DNA of 64,000 nt, from contig ML992501.1 of the NCBI GenBank assembly GCA_010093995.1, positions 2,235,320 to 2,299,319 on the forward strand. The letters run 5' to 3'. This document shows, piece after piece, positions 1 to 10,790 of this stretch. Made by a program: the position numbers and the translations under genes. The DNA comes from Elsinoe ampelina (Eukaryota). The notes beneath the pieces are model-generated. The model was given only the letters and a program-made list of their open reading frames with translations. It ran no database searches and was not told the origin of the DNA. Each line of letters starts with the position of its first letter. Within the stretch, counting starts at the first letter, position 1.

Positions 1-736
1 ATCTTAGCCCAATCCGCCAATTGAGACCCGCAATGCGGAGTGGCCATGAAAATTATGCCCCTTGTCGCCTCAACGATGCTTTTGAGATGCGGCTCGGCGC
101 TGTTCTTCGAGTACAGAAGCATCTGGATGACATGTCAGCTGGAGATCGGTGAATCATAGTTGCATGGCATACGTCCTCTACTACCAGTCCACCAAGACTA
201 TGAGCAATGAAGAACAAAGGTCGATCGGCCTGTGTTTTGTTGTAAGTATCGGACGATTCTTGTGCGACTTCAGAGTCGCCTCACCTCGCCTTCCGAGTCT
301 CGCTCATGAGCAAGGCTCGTAAGGAACGTTTGTGCATGGTCGCCTATCCTGCTTTGCGACACTGTGGACCACATGTGGCCAACGTCTGCATCGTAGCCGT
401 AAGTGAAAATGCGGGCATTTGGAAAATCACGTGGCAGCAGTTGCTCCGGCCAGAAACAAGATGTTGACCGATGAGTCCAAGTCGTCTCGCGATCACCGGT
501 GAGCCCATGGACCAACACTATGCTGATCTTGTCAATCATCGGAATATATCACATATCGACTCTGGAATGTCTTACTCTACTGCTCGGTTCTTGTTCGCTG
601 GCTCGCTGCACTGGAACATACCAAGCTCACCTCGCGGTCTGGCGGGAAGCTCCACTTCAGAACCACTTCCATCTTTCTCCGCATTTCGGCTCAGCTTCTT
701 CGGCTTGTCTTTCTTTTTGTCGTCTTTGAACGGCAT
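1..736 (-). CDS. SesB-like / PGAP1-DUF676-type alpha/beta hydrolase (lipase-like); 3' part runs off the window
   Basis: Spliced model from ATG at 736 with three GT-AG introns (~525-575, ~232-284, ~123-173): MPFKDDKK...NRAV-D-IVLVHGLTGDRETTW...FWPEQLLPRDFPNARIFTYGYDA...RPLFFIAHSLGGLVVED...TRGIIFMATPHCGS. The VHGL, TYGYDA, AHSLGG (nucleophile elbow) and TPHxGS motifs are typical of fungal SesB-like hydrolase domains. Confidence 0.85.
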
Positions 737-1533
737 CTTGACGTGCAGTGCGGGGTCACCTCCAACCGACTGTTAACAGTGTAAGAGGAAGATATATTCG
801 AGCTTGCGAGTTGACCGACTGAGCCCGTGTCTGCAATTTGAAACTGATGTAGAGGGCGCAGGGATAGTGCGTATCTATTCTGAGCACCTAGGGATACTCG
901 AGTGACCTTTTCAACAAGGATAGCAGGCTATGCAGACTACTGCAAGACCCATACAGACGGCCACATGCAGGCGTGTTTGCTCCCACGCAGCTCGCATTTC
1001 TTCCGCGGACCCCCAGCTTCTCATTGGGCAGTAGAACTTTGCCTTCTTTTCGGACGACATCAGCTGTGCTGAACTATTGAAGCCACATCGGTTGATGCGG
1101 CAGCCTCACTTTCAACAGCGGCTTGTCGCGAGCTGCGCTCGATAGTGCACACCATCTTCTGGGTAGTGCCGTTTCATGCCTGCAGGGAAGACTTTGGCTG
1201 GGACCTCAGCCCAAGCGCGCGGACCAGGTTACAGCGATTTGAAATGACGCTCGGCGAGGTTACCTGGATTCAGCCAATGATTGCGAGACCGACAATGCAC
1301 GAAGTTATGGCTGCAGGATTCACAGGTCTTCAGCCCATAAGCAGACCTCAGCCGGGGTCATGGAAAGGCACAGTCGTACGTTGCGCTGAAGGTCCATGGT
1401 GAGAAGGACCGACGCCAATATGTCTTAAAAGTGTCCTTGCATGTCCCGCCCAGGAGGAAGCGAATCAGTCATTCATGAAGCTCGCTGAAAGGATACCGGA
1501 CGATAACACAGACATACAAATGCTGGCCCAGTA

Positions 1534-4500
1534 ATGGAGAATCTCCGGGACAAGAAGAACTTCATTGTCGGCGGCCTCAGCAATGTAGGTCAGGCCTTCC
1601 AGGGGAACAGCATTGGCGTATTCCAGCAAACCGGTCAGTCTTTCGACTCGCTGTTGGCTTCCTCATCACTGACCATATTCAAGTCACTGCTGATCATGTT
1701 AATGAGAAGTTAGAGCAGTGCGTCGCTGCTCTATTCTCCACCGATCCCAGAAACACACGCAACACTCTGATAAGATCACATTATCAGTTCACCCACGAGA
1801 CCTGCCAGTGGATACTGCACAATGATGTCTTTCAGCGATGGTTCCAGGGCGAGCCACAGGAATCGCCACTCATTTGGATTTGTGACAAGCCAGGGCAGGG
1901 GAAGACAGCAATGGCGATTTACATTAGCAAACACCTCGAAGAAGTCTACAACGGCGATGACAACACCTGGGTTCTCTACTACTTCTGCGACGCGAATGAC
2001 GAACGGCGCAACAATGCCGTGTCAATCCTGCAGGGTCTCATGTACCTACTCTGCAAGAGAAGTCAAGGGCTAGCGTCAATTCTGTACGATGAATACAAAA
2101 TCCAGCGAGATCAACTTTTCCGCGAGCAATCCATGGAGACCCTCTGGGATGTTTTCAAGAACATGCTACGGGCTTGTGACGCGGAAAAGATATACTGCGT
2201 CATCGATGGCGTCGATCAGTGTAAAGAAGATACACTGAGACCTTTCCTGAACATGCTCAGCGAGTACTTTTCGTCGACCTCGTCAGAGTCAACCGTTCCG
2301 CCACCAAAACCCCTCGAGTCTAGAATTGCGGGCAGGGTCGGACCAGCTGTACGGCTCCTCGTTTCCAGCCGGCAAAGTCCGAGATGCATTGAGGAGGAGC
2401 TCGGTAAATACCCCAGGCTCGAGTTGCAGAGAGAGGTCGTCGACATGGGACGATTCATCGAGGCCAGCGTCGACAAAATATCAGCAGAACGCGAAGTGAG
2501 TGGCAAAGCCGACACTGAGACAAACGAGATCATCAGACAAACGCTTGCTGCTGGTGCCGAGCAGGGATACGTCTGGGTCAGCCTTGTGGCCGAGAAATTG
2601 TCCGGTATGAAGCAAAGTCAGGTTAGACGGGGCGCGGCAAAAATACCTCGCAGCGTTGACGAGATGTATTTGCAGACCTTACACGAAATCCCGTCACGAC
2701 AACGATCCGCTGCAGCTGCTCTGCTCATGTGGGCTGCCTTGTCGGAGAAGTCGCTCACGGTCTTAGAGTTGACCAAAGCCGTCAAGTACACCACGGGCAA
2801 GCCCTGGACGGTGAAGGACACCAGACGAATCTTGGACACCTCGAGCAGTGTAGTACGCCAGCATGCTAAGTACGTCAACTTATCCCACGCTTCCGTACTG
2901 GACTTTCTACGTGGCAAGGAATCGATACTGAGATTCGACAAGGACCTCCAAAATTTCATCATTGAAGAAAAAGAGGCACATGCACGTATGACAAATGCAT
3001 GCATCGCATATCTCCAGGCTAGTGGGAATCTGAAGAAAAGCAGGAGGGTGAAGATCAAGGGCATCGAGACACTGAGCAAGGAGGATAAAGCGTTCCTGCT
3101 CAAACACCCCTTCCTCGAGTACGCCATTGTGCAGTGGCCTTGGCATGCTAAGAAGGCTAGCATCGAGGGTACTCGCTACGATGTTCCCTTCTTTGAAGAA
3201 GATTCGATAAGGCGCCGTCTTTGGTGGGAGAGTTACTGGATTTCCTCACGGAGCTGGTGGTTTGCGTGGAAGTTCACCACTCCGGGTGACTTCTCACTCT
3301 TACATGTCGCCGCATTCTTCAACATCATTCCTCTGGCTCGACACATTGAGCGGAAAGGCCTCTTACGATCGCTCATCAATGCGGAAGATCATCAAGGTCT
3401 TCAACCCTTGAATTGGGCAACGGAAAATTGCCAGACCGAGATGGTGGAGTGGTTACTACAGCGTGGCGCTTACGATGAGGAAGCTTTACGACAAGCAGCT
3501 AGAACAGGCGACATCTCCATCATCAAAATGCTACTGCAGAATAGGCAAATCGCAGAGCATAACAAAGCTGGCAAGGTGTCATCCAGCTCGCCATCATTTA
3601 GCCCGAACTTGTTCAACTCTTTCAGGCGGGCGACACTAACGACCATCTCGGACTTGGCCAAGAAGTATGAAAGCCATGAAGACGAGACTCCCTCTGCATT
3701 ATCACCCCAGATCAGAGGCTATGGCGAGACCAAGTCAGAATCACCCCTGCATATCGCCGCGACTTATGGACACCGCGAAGCCATCGAGGTGTTCCTCACA
3801 AATGGAGAAGATGTCCACAAGACCACTGATGGAGGCTGGACAGCTCTACACAATGCTGCATGGTTTGGTAGAATCCCTGTCATTCACCGGCTCGTCTCCG
3901 CCAAGGCAGATCTCATGGCCCCGACAAACGAGGGCTTGACCCCCCTCCACTGTGCAGTCAAAAACCAAAAGCTTGAAAGCGTACAAGCTCTACTCGCATA
4001 CAAGCAGAAGGTTGACATTGAAGCCAAAGACAAGTACAGAAACCGACCTCTCCATCTCGCATGCAAAGTCGGCAACCTGCCGATCATCAAGCTGTTCCTG
4101 GACCACAAAGCAGATATAGAAGCGAAGATGCCGCCCGGCTGGACACCCTTGCTCTGGGCTTGTAGTGCAGGACAGCGCACGGTTGCAGAACTGCTACTCG
4201 AGCGTGGAGCCGACGCCAATGCTAAATGGATTCAGCTGACAAGTGACTCGAGGAGGATTGAGGTCGGTGCGGTCCAACTGGCCAGAACATATCGCCATGA
4301 GGATCTGGTCAGAGTCTTACAAGGCTTCAATGCTGCTGAGACACAGGCGGTGGACAACGAGGAAGTGCAGCAGATTGTAGCTGAGGAGACAGTCATTGAA
4401 TCGTACGAGGTCCCTCGGATCGAGGATCTCGCTACCGGCCCTGCAGTAGCACTGCCTGCGGATGATACAGGCGCAGACGAGGCCGAGATGGATGAGGAGG

Positions 4501-5357
4501 ATGCTGACGACGACACGAATAGCTCGGAGGACGACGGGATCGACGCTAACCCAGGAGAGACTGCTATCACATCACTGGATCACAATTCTGATGCGTCCGG
4601 GCAAAATGAGCCTACGCCCATTCACGGTCTTGGGATCTTGGAAAGCGATGAGCAGACCTTGAATTTCGCGGGGAAGGAACAACGGCAGAGTTCAAGTCAC
4701 ATTGCAGCCTCAACATCGATTTCATTACCGCACCTGGGTGACATTCCTCTTCAACCCGAAACGCCCCCGAAAACGGATGGCACGCCCTCTTTCAATCAAG
4801 CAGGCCTCAGTATCCCTAGGCGGCCTGTCTCTGGCGCGCCTACACCACCGTATCCATCCTCGAATCAGCTATCCACCACAACACCTCCTAGAGACATTAC
4901 TGAAACCCTCTCGAAGGCACTACAGCAGCACGACAGTCCACTCCCAGAAGGACCACGCGACAGTCCCATGAGTGGCGCCACCTCGACACCGTCACCACCG
5001 ATGGACCAACACAGATCGTCCAAACCAGACCAAAGCCCTTTGGCCGGCTTCACAAGCATCAAATCCAAATTCAGCCGGCGCGAAGCCGGCAACATCTTCA
5101 ACAAGAGATCGAACTCCGAGACCACCAACGACACGGCTGACCGATGTCCCATACCGGCCACCGTCCACGAGGTCCCACAGCTCGGCCCAAGTGCCTCGAG
5201 CAGTCCGACGCCTGCGGGTGAAGAAGACAAGACGACCACGACGGTCAGGAAGCCGCTGTTGTCCAGCGCTTTCAGCGATACTGCTGTGACGCTTACCAAG
5301 GGACTCAAGATGAAGTCCAGGCTGTTAGGGCGGAAGACCTCGGAGGGAGCAGGATGA
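1534..5357 (+). CDS. Fungal NLR (STAND) protein: short N-terminal motif, NACHT, helical region, ankyrin repeats, long acidic/Pro-Ser-rich tail (~1257 aa spliced)
   Basis: Exon 1 1534-1633, intron 1634-1683 (GTCAGT...CTGAC...AAG), exon 2 1684-5357. Pre-NACHT LFSTDP...ETCQWILHNDVFQRW, Walker A LIWICDKPGQGKT, VLYYFC, Walker B IYCVIDGVDQC, LLVSSR, HASVLDFL, PFLEYAIVQWPWHA. Ankyrin repeats SPLHIAA, TALHNAA, TPLHCAV, RPLHLAC, TPLLWAC. The ORF-track start at 1911 misses the P-loop. Confidence 0.9.
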
Positions 5358-5853
5358 GGAAGGCGCGATTGGATTACCGTGATGAGGAAGGCGTGATGGG
5401 GAAGGCGTAACGAGCAGGGTATGGTGCGATCTTTTTGCTGTCTGTTTTGGCATTTCCTGGTCTTGATTCTGCTGTGTGAGATGACAACTGGCTGGGTATG
5501 AGGTGTATACTGGAAACTGCAGAACAGAAAACTTCGCTGATTAGTAGGGAGATGGTGTTCAGGAGGAGATAAAAAAAAATTCGCTGGGTACTTCGCCATC
5601 AGCATGCTTTCGAAAAGACAGTCATTCTTCCACAGTCCGACCTCAGATATCGCATCTGAGCACATATCCATGCCGAGGTCAGATGAAGGCGGATCTGGCT
5701 CCGGTGACCACCAGGTTTGTTACTCGAGATGTGCTAACTATCATACCAACTGCGTCGATCGATTGCACCTCACTCGACGGAACTCGCTACATGACGTATA
5801 CCTGCCTGCCTCCCCACGCGCTCAGTCATACCACATTCCTCACTTAACCCCTC

Positions 5854-8800
5854 TCACTGCCCCCAAACCGACGACTTGACACTCTGAAACGTCGACGACA
5901 CCGCCCCCGTCACATCCGACCCCGCACCACCATCCTCCCGTTTCCTCTGCCCAGAAAGCTTCTCTGTCAGCGCGTCTTTCCACGAATGCGGCGGAAGCAA
6001 ATTGCTCACCTCCATTTGAATGCCCCTATGCAGATGCACCAACCAATCGACGTAGCTCTGCGCCTCGCCGTTCCTGTCCTCGTACAACAAGCGGGCGAAC
6101 TCGAATTCCGCGCCGTCGAGACCCTGTCGTGCTAGCTGGATGGTCATGCCTTTGCTGCCGCGCGTCATTTCGAGGTATTGGATGATGTTTCGCACTTGTG
6201 CGTTGAGGTGGGTTTCGAGGATCGGCAGGGCAGACATGAATGGGTCGAGGTCTTGGAGGCCGTTGATGCCGGGGCCGAAGAGGTCTTCGAGGAGGTTGGG
6301 GGAGACTTGGGCGTGTAGCCAGATGAGGCATGTTTGGCCGTCGTCGACGATGTAGACGCCTCCGTCCTCGACTTGGGAGAAGCTAGCGCGAAGGGCGTGA
6401 GGCATTGTCAGGTGGCCATTTTCATTTGCAAAGCCGTCGGCTGGGTCGAGGTTGTGGATGCCGATGATGCGAGGATAGAGGTAGAGAGAAAGCTCTGTGA
6501 GACCCATCGCTCGAATCATCCGTACGTCGTGCACTCGTCGATCTGATGGCTCGCGACCGCCCTTGAAAGCCCGTGACTTGACAAGGCCGAGGACGTACAT
6601 AGAGAGCTCCTTGAGGTTCTCAGGCAAGACCAATTGTCCGGGAGGATGTGAGCCAGAAAAGTTTCTGCGATAGCCTGCGAGGATGTCGATTGTCTTTTCT
6701 GTGAGTGTGTTCCGGATATCTTTGACCGGCTTCTCAGTGACACGAGCTGCTGCTTCCTTCGCAATGATGCCAACCACAGCATCCTGGTCTACGAGCTTCA
6801 TGGCTTCAACAGCACCTTCACTGACCGAGGCGACGAAGTTGCTGCACCGTACCCGTCTCTCGCCACTCGCTGTAGTGTATAGCAGAGCCGACTGGAAGTG
6901 AGCGTCCAACTTAGGATCGAGCTTACCGTCATAAGTGAACACCACGCCGAGTGCCTTGTCCTGGTCAATGACGCCAATCTCGAGATCAGCACCAAAGGTG
7001 TGCTGCACAAAATTGCCATGATACGCAGATATTTGCAGCCCGTTCGAGCATCGGACTTTCATGAGAGCTTGGAAACCGGTATCTCGTGTCACAGTGTGCT
7101 TTATCTCCTTTGCCAGCTTCAACAGATCCCGTGGGGCGTGGAAATTGGGATAGTAGTAGATCTCACCACCAGTGGTCCCTGAGACGTGACCAATTGTGCC
7201 GAGGTCTAGGTAACCGCCACTTGGAGCAGCCATGAAGAAGTCCACGCCGATACCCGCTTCGACCATTTTCGAGGCGCACTTTTTCCATTCCGGATACTCC
7301 GTTGTGAACAGCTTCTTCTCCAGTTCAGTGTCCGAAGTCTGCTGAAGATCTCGCATGTAAAGTCGTCCTGGACCTTGCGTGGGCAGAGCAGATACCGAGC
7401 AGATCACCTTGCCACCTGTCGGAGTCAATGCCGCAAGGGCCGCCTCCAGAGTGGGTAGAAGTGAAGGATCTGGGCGTGGTATCCGAGAAAACATCTGGGG
7501 AATCTGTCGAAGTAGGTTCGTGATGATGGTTTTCGAGGGTGCCGGGTCGACAAAGAGGCCCTCGCTAAGGGGAACGAATGGCTCGGCAAGATCAGAAATG
7601 ATGATCATCTGCGCTTGTTCCAGCCGCGGGCTGATGTTGTAGAACTGTATCTCACGGTCGAAAGTTACGATTCCCACTTTGGCGCCTGGTGGTAGTCTTA
7701 CTGATCCACCTTCTGCCACCTCCTCTCCCTCTTCGGGAAATAGCGAACTGAGAATGCCCTCGCAGACGCCATGTAAGAAGCCTTTGTTTACAGCTTCGGC
7801 ACTGACATCAATCAAGAACAGCCAATTGATTGGCACTGGCTCCTTCGACCAGTACTCGCGGGGCACAGTGAATTCCACAGTACCTAGCATGAGTTCTTGC
7901 CTCTCTGCACGATCGACGCGTATGCCGCTGGGATCTGTCGGTGCAAAGTAATTAGATGGCACATCGTTCGGGTGCGTGCACATGTTGCAGACAAACTTGT
8001 TGCCACCAGCCTTGAAGATCATGAAGGGATTGATGTAAGCTCGACACCGCCGACACCTCGGTGGGCCTTCGTTGCCGAAATCGATGACTGGGATCGCTTG
8101 CTCGCCCTCTTGCAAGGGTGCCAAAGGTTGCAATATGAGTCCGAGAGGAAGTCCTGTTGATGCTAAAGCGTCTTGAGACGCCGGTATGTTGTTCATGGTG
8201 AGACGTGCATATTTGGGTGAGCAGTTCCCTTGGTCGAATGCGACGAATGGCACAGCAGCTGGCGGCGGAAGATGTTGTTCCATGGTAGGGTAGATGTGTT
8301 CCAGGTAGTATTTCGCAGGGAAGTCCCGTGATCGTGGTATGCTCGGTATTTGGTCTGGGTCCACTTTCCCCTGAGCTGACGCTGACCCGGGCGCTCCTAC
8401 GACTGCAGCACCCGGTGTGACTCCGGGCTGCACCGGAGCTGGGGCCGCAGCAGGTTGCTGTTGAAACTGAGTCGCCGGTGGAGCATACTGACTGCCTGCC
8501 GATGGCAATCGCTGTGACATGTACGGCCCTCCTGCACCTGGGCCAGCTATGTCCCCGTAGGGCGAAGCCACAGGCGGTGCGCCATTCGTTGCTTGTGGGC
8601 TCGGTGCTGGCTGCTCAAGCTGATGGTATGCATGTCTGTCCTTCTTTTTCCGCGGCGCCATTACTCCGGCCCCTCCACTGCCATCCAGACTCATCTGTCC
8701 CATCTGACCGCTCAACTGTCCCATACCTCCTTGCGCCTGCTGGCCGTACTGTTGCTGTTGCATGTTGGAATCGGAGCTTGGTTGTGGAGGGAAGTAACTG

Positions 8801-9009
8801 CCTGGTTCGCCAGGAGCCGTCAATGGCGCGGATGTAGGACCTAGGCCCGGAGGATGTTGTGAGTAAGACGAGCCTGTTTGTTGGTAGCCGCCCGGGCTGG
8901 GAGCTACAGGATATCGATTTTGCGGCTGTTTCTTTCTGGGTGCGAATTCGTCTCTTGGTGTGCTTGTCAGGCTGGATATCAGCGGAGAGCCCAGGGCGAA
9001 TTCTCCCAT
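5854..9009 (-). CDS. SEC24: COPII coat subunit Sec24 family (Sfb3/Lst1, SEC24C/D-like)
   Basis: Zn finger PPRCRRCRAYINPF...FVCNMC, trunk WLFLIDVS, beta-sandwich MKVRCSNGL...GERRVR, helical GQLVLPENLK, gelsolin-like region, Pro/Gln-rich N-terminus. Likely in-frame 51-nt intron at 5959-6009. True 5' end uncertain. Confidence 0.93.
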   Translation of the reverse strand: MGEFALGSPLISSLTSTPRDEFAPRKKQPQNRYPVAPSPGGYQQTGSSYSQHPPGLGPTSAPLTAPGEPGSYFPPQPSSDSNMQQQQYGQQAQGGMGQLSGQMGQMSLDGSGGAGVMAPRKKKDRHAYHQLEQPAPSPQATNGAPPVASPYGDIAGPGAGGPYMSQRLPSAGSQYAPPATQFQQQPAAAPAPVQPGVTPGAAVVGAPGSASAQGKVDPDQIPSIPRSRDFPAKYYLEHIYPTMEQHLPPPAAVPFVAFDQGNCSPKYARLTMNNIPASQDALASTGLPLGLILQPLAPLQEGEQAIPVIDFGNEGPPRCRRCRAYINPFMIFKAGGNKFVCNMCTHPNDVPSNYFAPTDPSGIRVDRAERQELMLGTVEFTVPREYWSKEPVPINWLFLIDVSAEAVNKGFLHGVCEGILSSLFPEEGEEVAEGGSVRLPPGAKVGIVTFDREIQFYNISPRLEQAQMIIISDLAEPFVPLSEGLFVDPAPSKTIITNLLRQIPQMFSRIPRPDPSLLPTLEAALAALTPTGGKVICSVSALPTQGPGRLYMRDLQQTSDTELEKKLFTTEYPEWKKCASKMVEAGIGVDFFMAAPSGGYLDLGTIGHVSGTTGGEIYYYPNFHAPRDLLKLAKEIKHTVTRDTGFQALMKVRCSNGLQISAYHGNFVQHTFGADLEIGVIDQDKALGVVFTYDGKLDPKLDAHFQSALLYTTASGERRVRCSNFVASVSEGAVEAMKLVDQDAVVGIIAKEAAARVTEKPVKDIRNTLTEKTIDILAGYRRNFSGSHPPGQLVLPENLKELSMYVLGLVKSRAFKGGREPSDRRVHDVRMIRAMGLTELSLYLYPRIIGIHNLDPADGFANENGHLTMPHALRASFSQVEDGGVYIVDDGQTCLIWLHAQVSPNLLEDLFGPGINGLQDLDPFMSALPILETHLNAQVRNIIQYLEMTRGSKGMTIQLARQGLDGAEFEFARLLYEDRNGEAQSYVDWLVHLHRGIQMEVSNLLPPHSWKDALTEKLSGQRKREDGGAGSDVTGAVSSTFQSVKSSVWGQ

Positions 9010-9584
9010 AATTCAATTGAAAGAGATCGCGATTCAGCTAAGCAATGCTTGAAGCTCTCCGCGGCCCATACATTTTTTGTAACACGTAGTCGAAATGTCC
9101 AAGGAGTGCGGGCAGTCCAATCGATGTCGTCTGGGCGATCGCTATCGTGTAGAGGTGACACTGGCCCCGCGCCGAGAGCGTAAAGAGTCGGAGATGGTGT
9201 GAATTTGATCAAAGGGGAGTGATATGGAGACGTGGAACTTTCATGGTTGCAGGTACCGCCAAGACACAGCAAGCATTCACACGGCTTCCGGAGTCACAAT
9301 GCCCGTTGCATATCAACCTCTATTTTGGGAACAGGGACGCATTATTGCCATCACGTTCTGATCTGTACAATGATGACTTCAATAGGTGCAAAAGCCAGTA
9401 AAGGTGCTCATGTCCGCGCGGCTAACGTGCATTCGCCTTGCGAGATACTATCTGAAACCCAAAGCCTCTATCATCCTCAAAATAGTGACCGAGATGCTGT
9501 CATGAATCGTGATCATTACATCCCCTTTCCCCTCAGTGAATTCATCCCTAATGCTCCAGAACTGTGCGCACCGACCACTCAGAA

Positions 9585-10176
9585 TCATTCGGGGAAGGCC
9601 CCAGGGTTGCTGGGAGCTCTATGGGCCGCAGGTCGAGAAGCATGCAAGCTCTGTCCGGTGCTAACGCGCGATACACCAGGACTGGAAGGACCAGACGAAG
9701 ATCCAGAAGACTTTCCTTGCTTGCTAAGAGCCTTTTGACGGGCTTGTTCTTCCTTGTTCCAGAACATTGACTTGTAGGCTGGCATGGACGAGAAGTTCCA
9801 TGCTTTGACGAGGTAGCTAGTTGTTGTGTTAGGAAACGTTCAGGCTGCATTTCATGGTGGCGAACTCACTTCTGCTGTCGATCTGCAGCCTCCTCTGCGC
9901 TGACCTCCTTGACGCCGACTTTCATGCCGTCTTTGGTGAAGACCACGTTCTTCTTCTCCATCTTTCGCATGCCGCGGTCTGCCATCTCATTCGACCATGT
10001 GTAGATCTGTGCAGCCTAGTCAGACGAGAGTCTCTGGGAATGGACCCTGAAGCCCAGTAGAGAAAGCATTTCAAGGCATGAGAAGTGAAGTCACTGACCT
10101 GATAGCCAAAGTAGGCTCCCACACCGATAAAGGCAAACAGAAAGATCAAAGGCAGTAGATTCTTGAAGGCGCCCAT
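9585..10176 (-). CDS. Small single-pass membrane protein of unknown function (3 exons)
   Basis: Introns 10007-10098 and 9817-9869 have GT-AG ends and join three ORF fragments in frame: MGAFKNLLPLIFLFAFIGVGAYFGYQ-IYTWSNEMADRGMRKMEKKNVVFTKDGMKVGVKEV...NYLVKAWN... Confidence 0.75.
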
Positions 10177-10790
10177 ACTGAGCACGCGACGGAGATGCGT
10201 TCGCGGGGCTGAGGTTCTGGTACGATAATTGTTGTCCTGGTAGCTCGAGTATCAGCTCCACAGGCCCACTGAGATCAATTGGAAGAGTTGAAAATCAAAA
10301 GAAAAACGAGCAATGTGTAGAAGAAGGTAAAACCCAACACAAAGTGAAGCGTCACATGCTGTGCCCTTTCGCAACAAACCATTTCACGTGGCCCGAGCTC
10401 GTGAGCCGAACGATCTTCGCTACCCAGGGAAGACCAGCGAAAAAAAAAGGGTCAAGCGAGGGGCGGCCCGGAAATGGCCCTGAAAGCTTGATGCACTATT
10501 TTGGCAAATGCCAACACAACCCGACTAAAAAGGCGACAGCATTTTTCACCCCCCGCCACGTAAAGAAGAATACTTTGGATGATAATGGCAGGTAGTGATG
10601 ATAGTGATATTACATTAGAGATATGGTTACGTCCGGCAAGTAGACCACCTTACGCCGCGCAGGCACAACTGGGTATCAGATGCAAAGCAGCACGCTCGCC
10701 ATCTCATCGTTAATAAAACAAAGGAAACCCGCTTCAACGCTGCAATACCTTCCTGAACCTCTCGAGAGTCTTCAGCTTCGTCTTCAGCGC

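Noticed and set aside
4865..5671. 268-aa minus-strand ORF overlapping the NLR tail
   Set aside because: Antisense to a well-supported CDS, with no family features.
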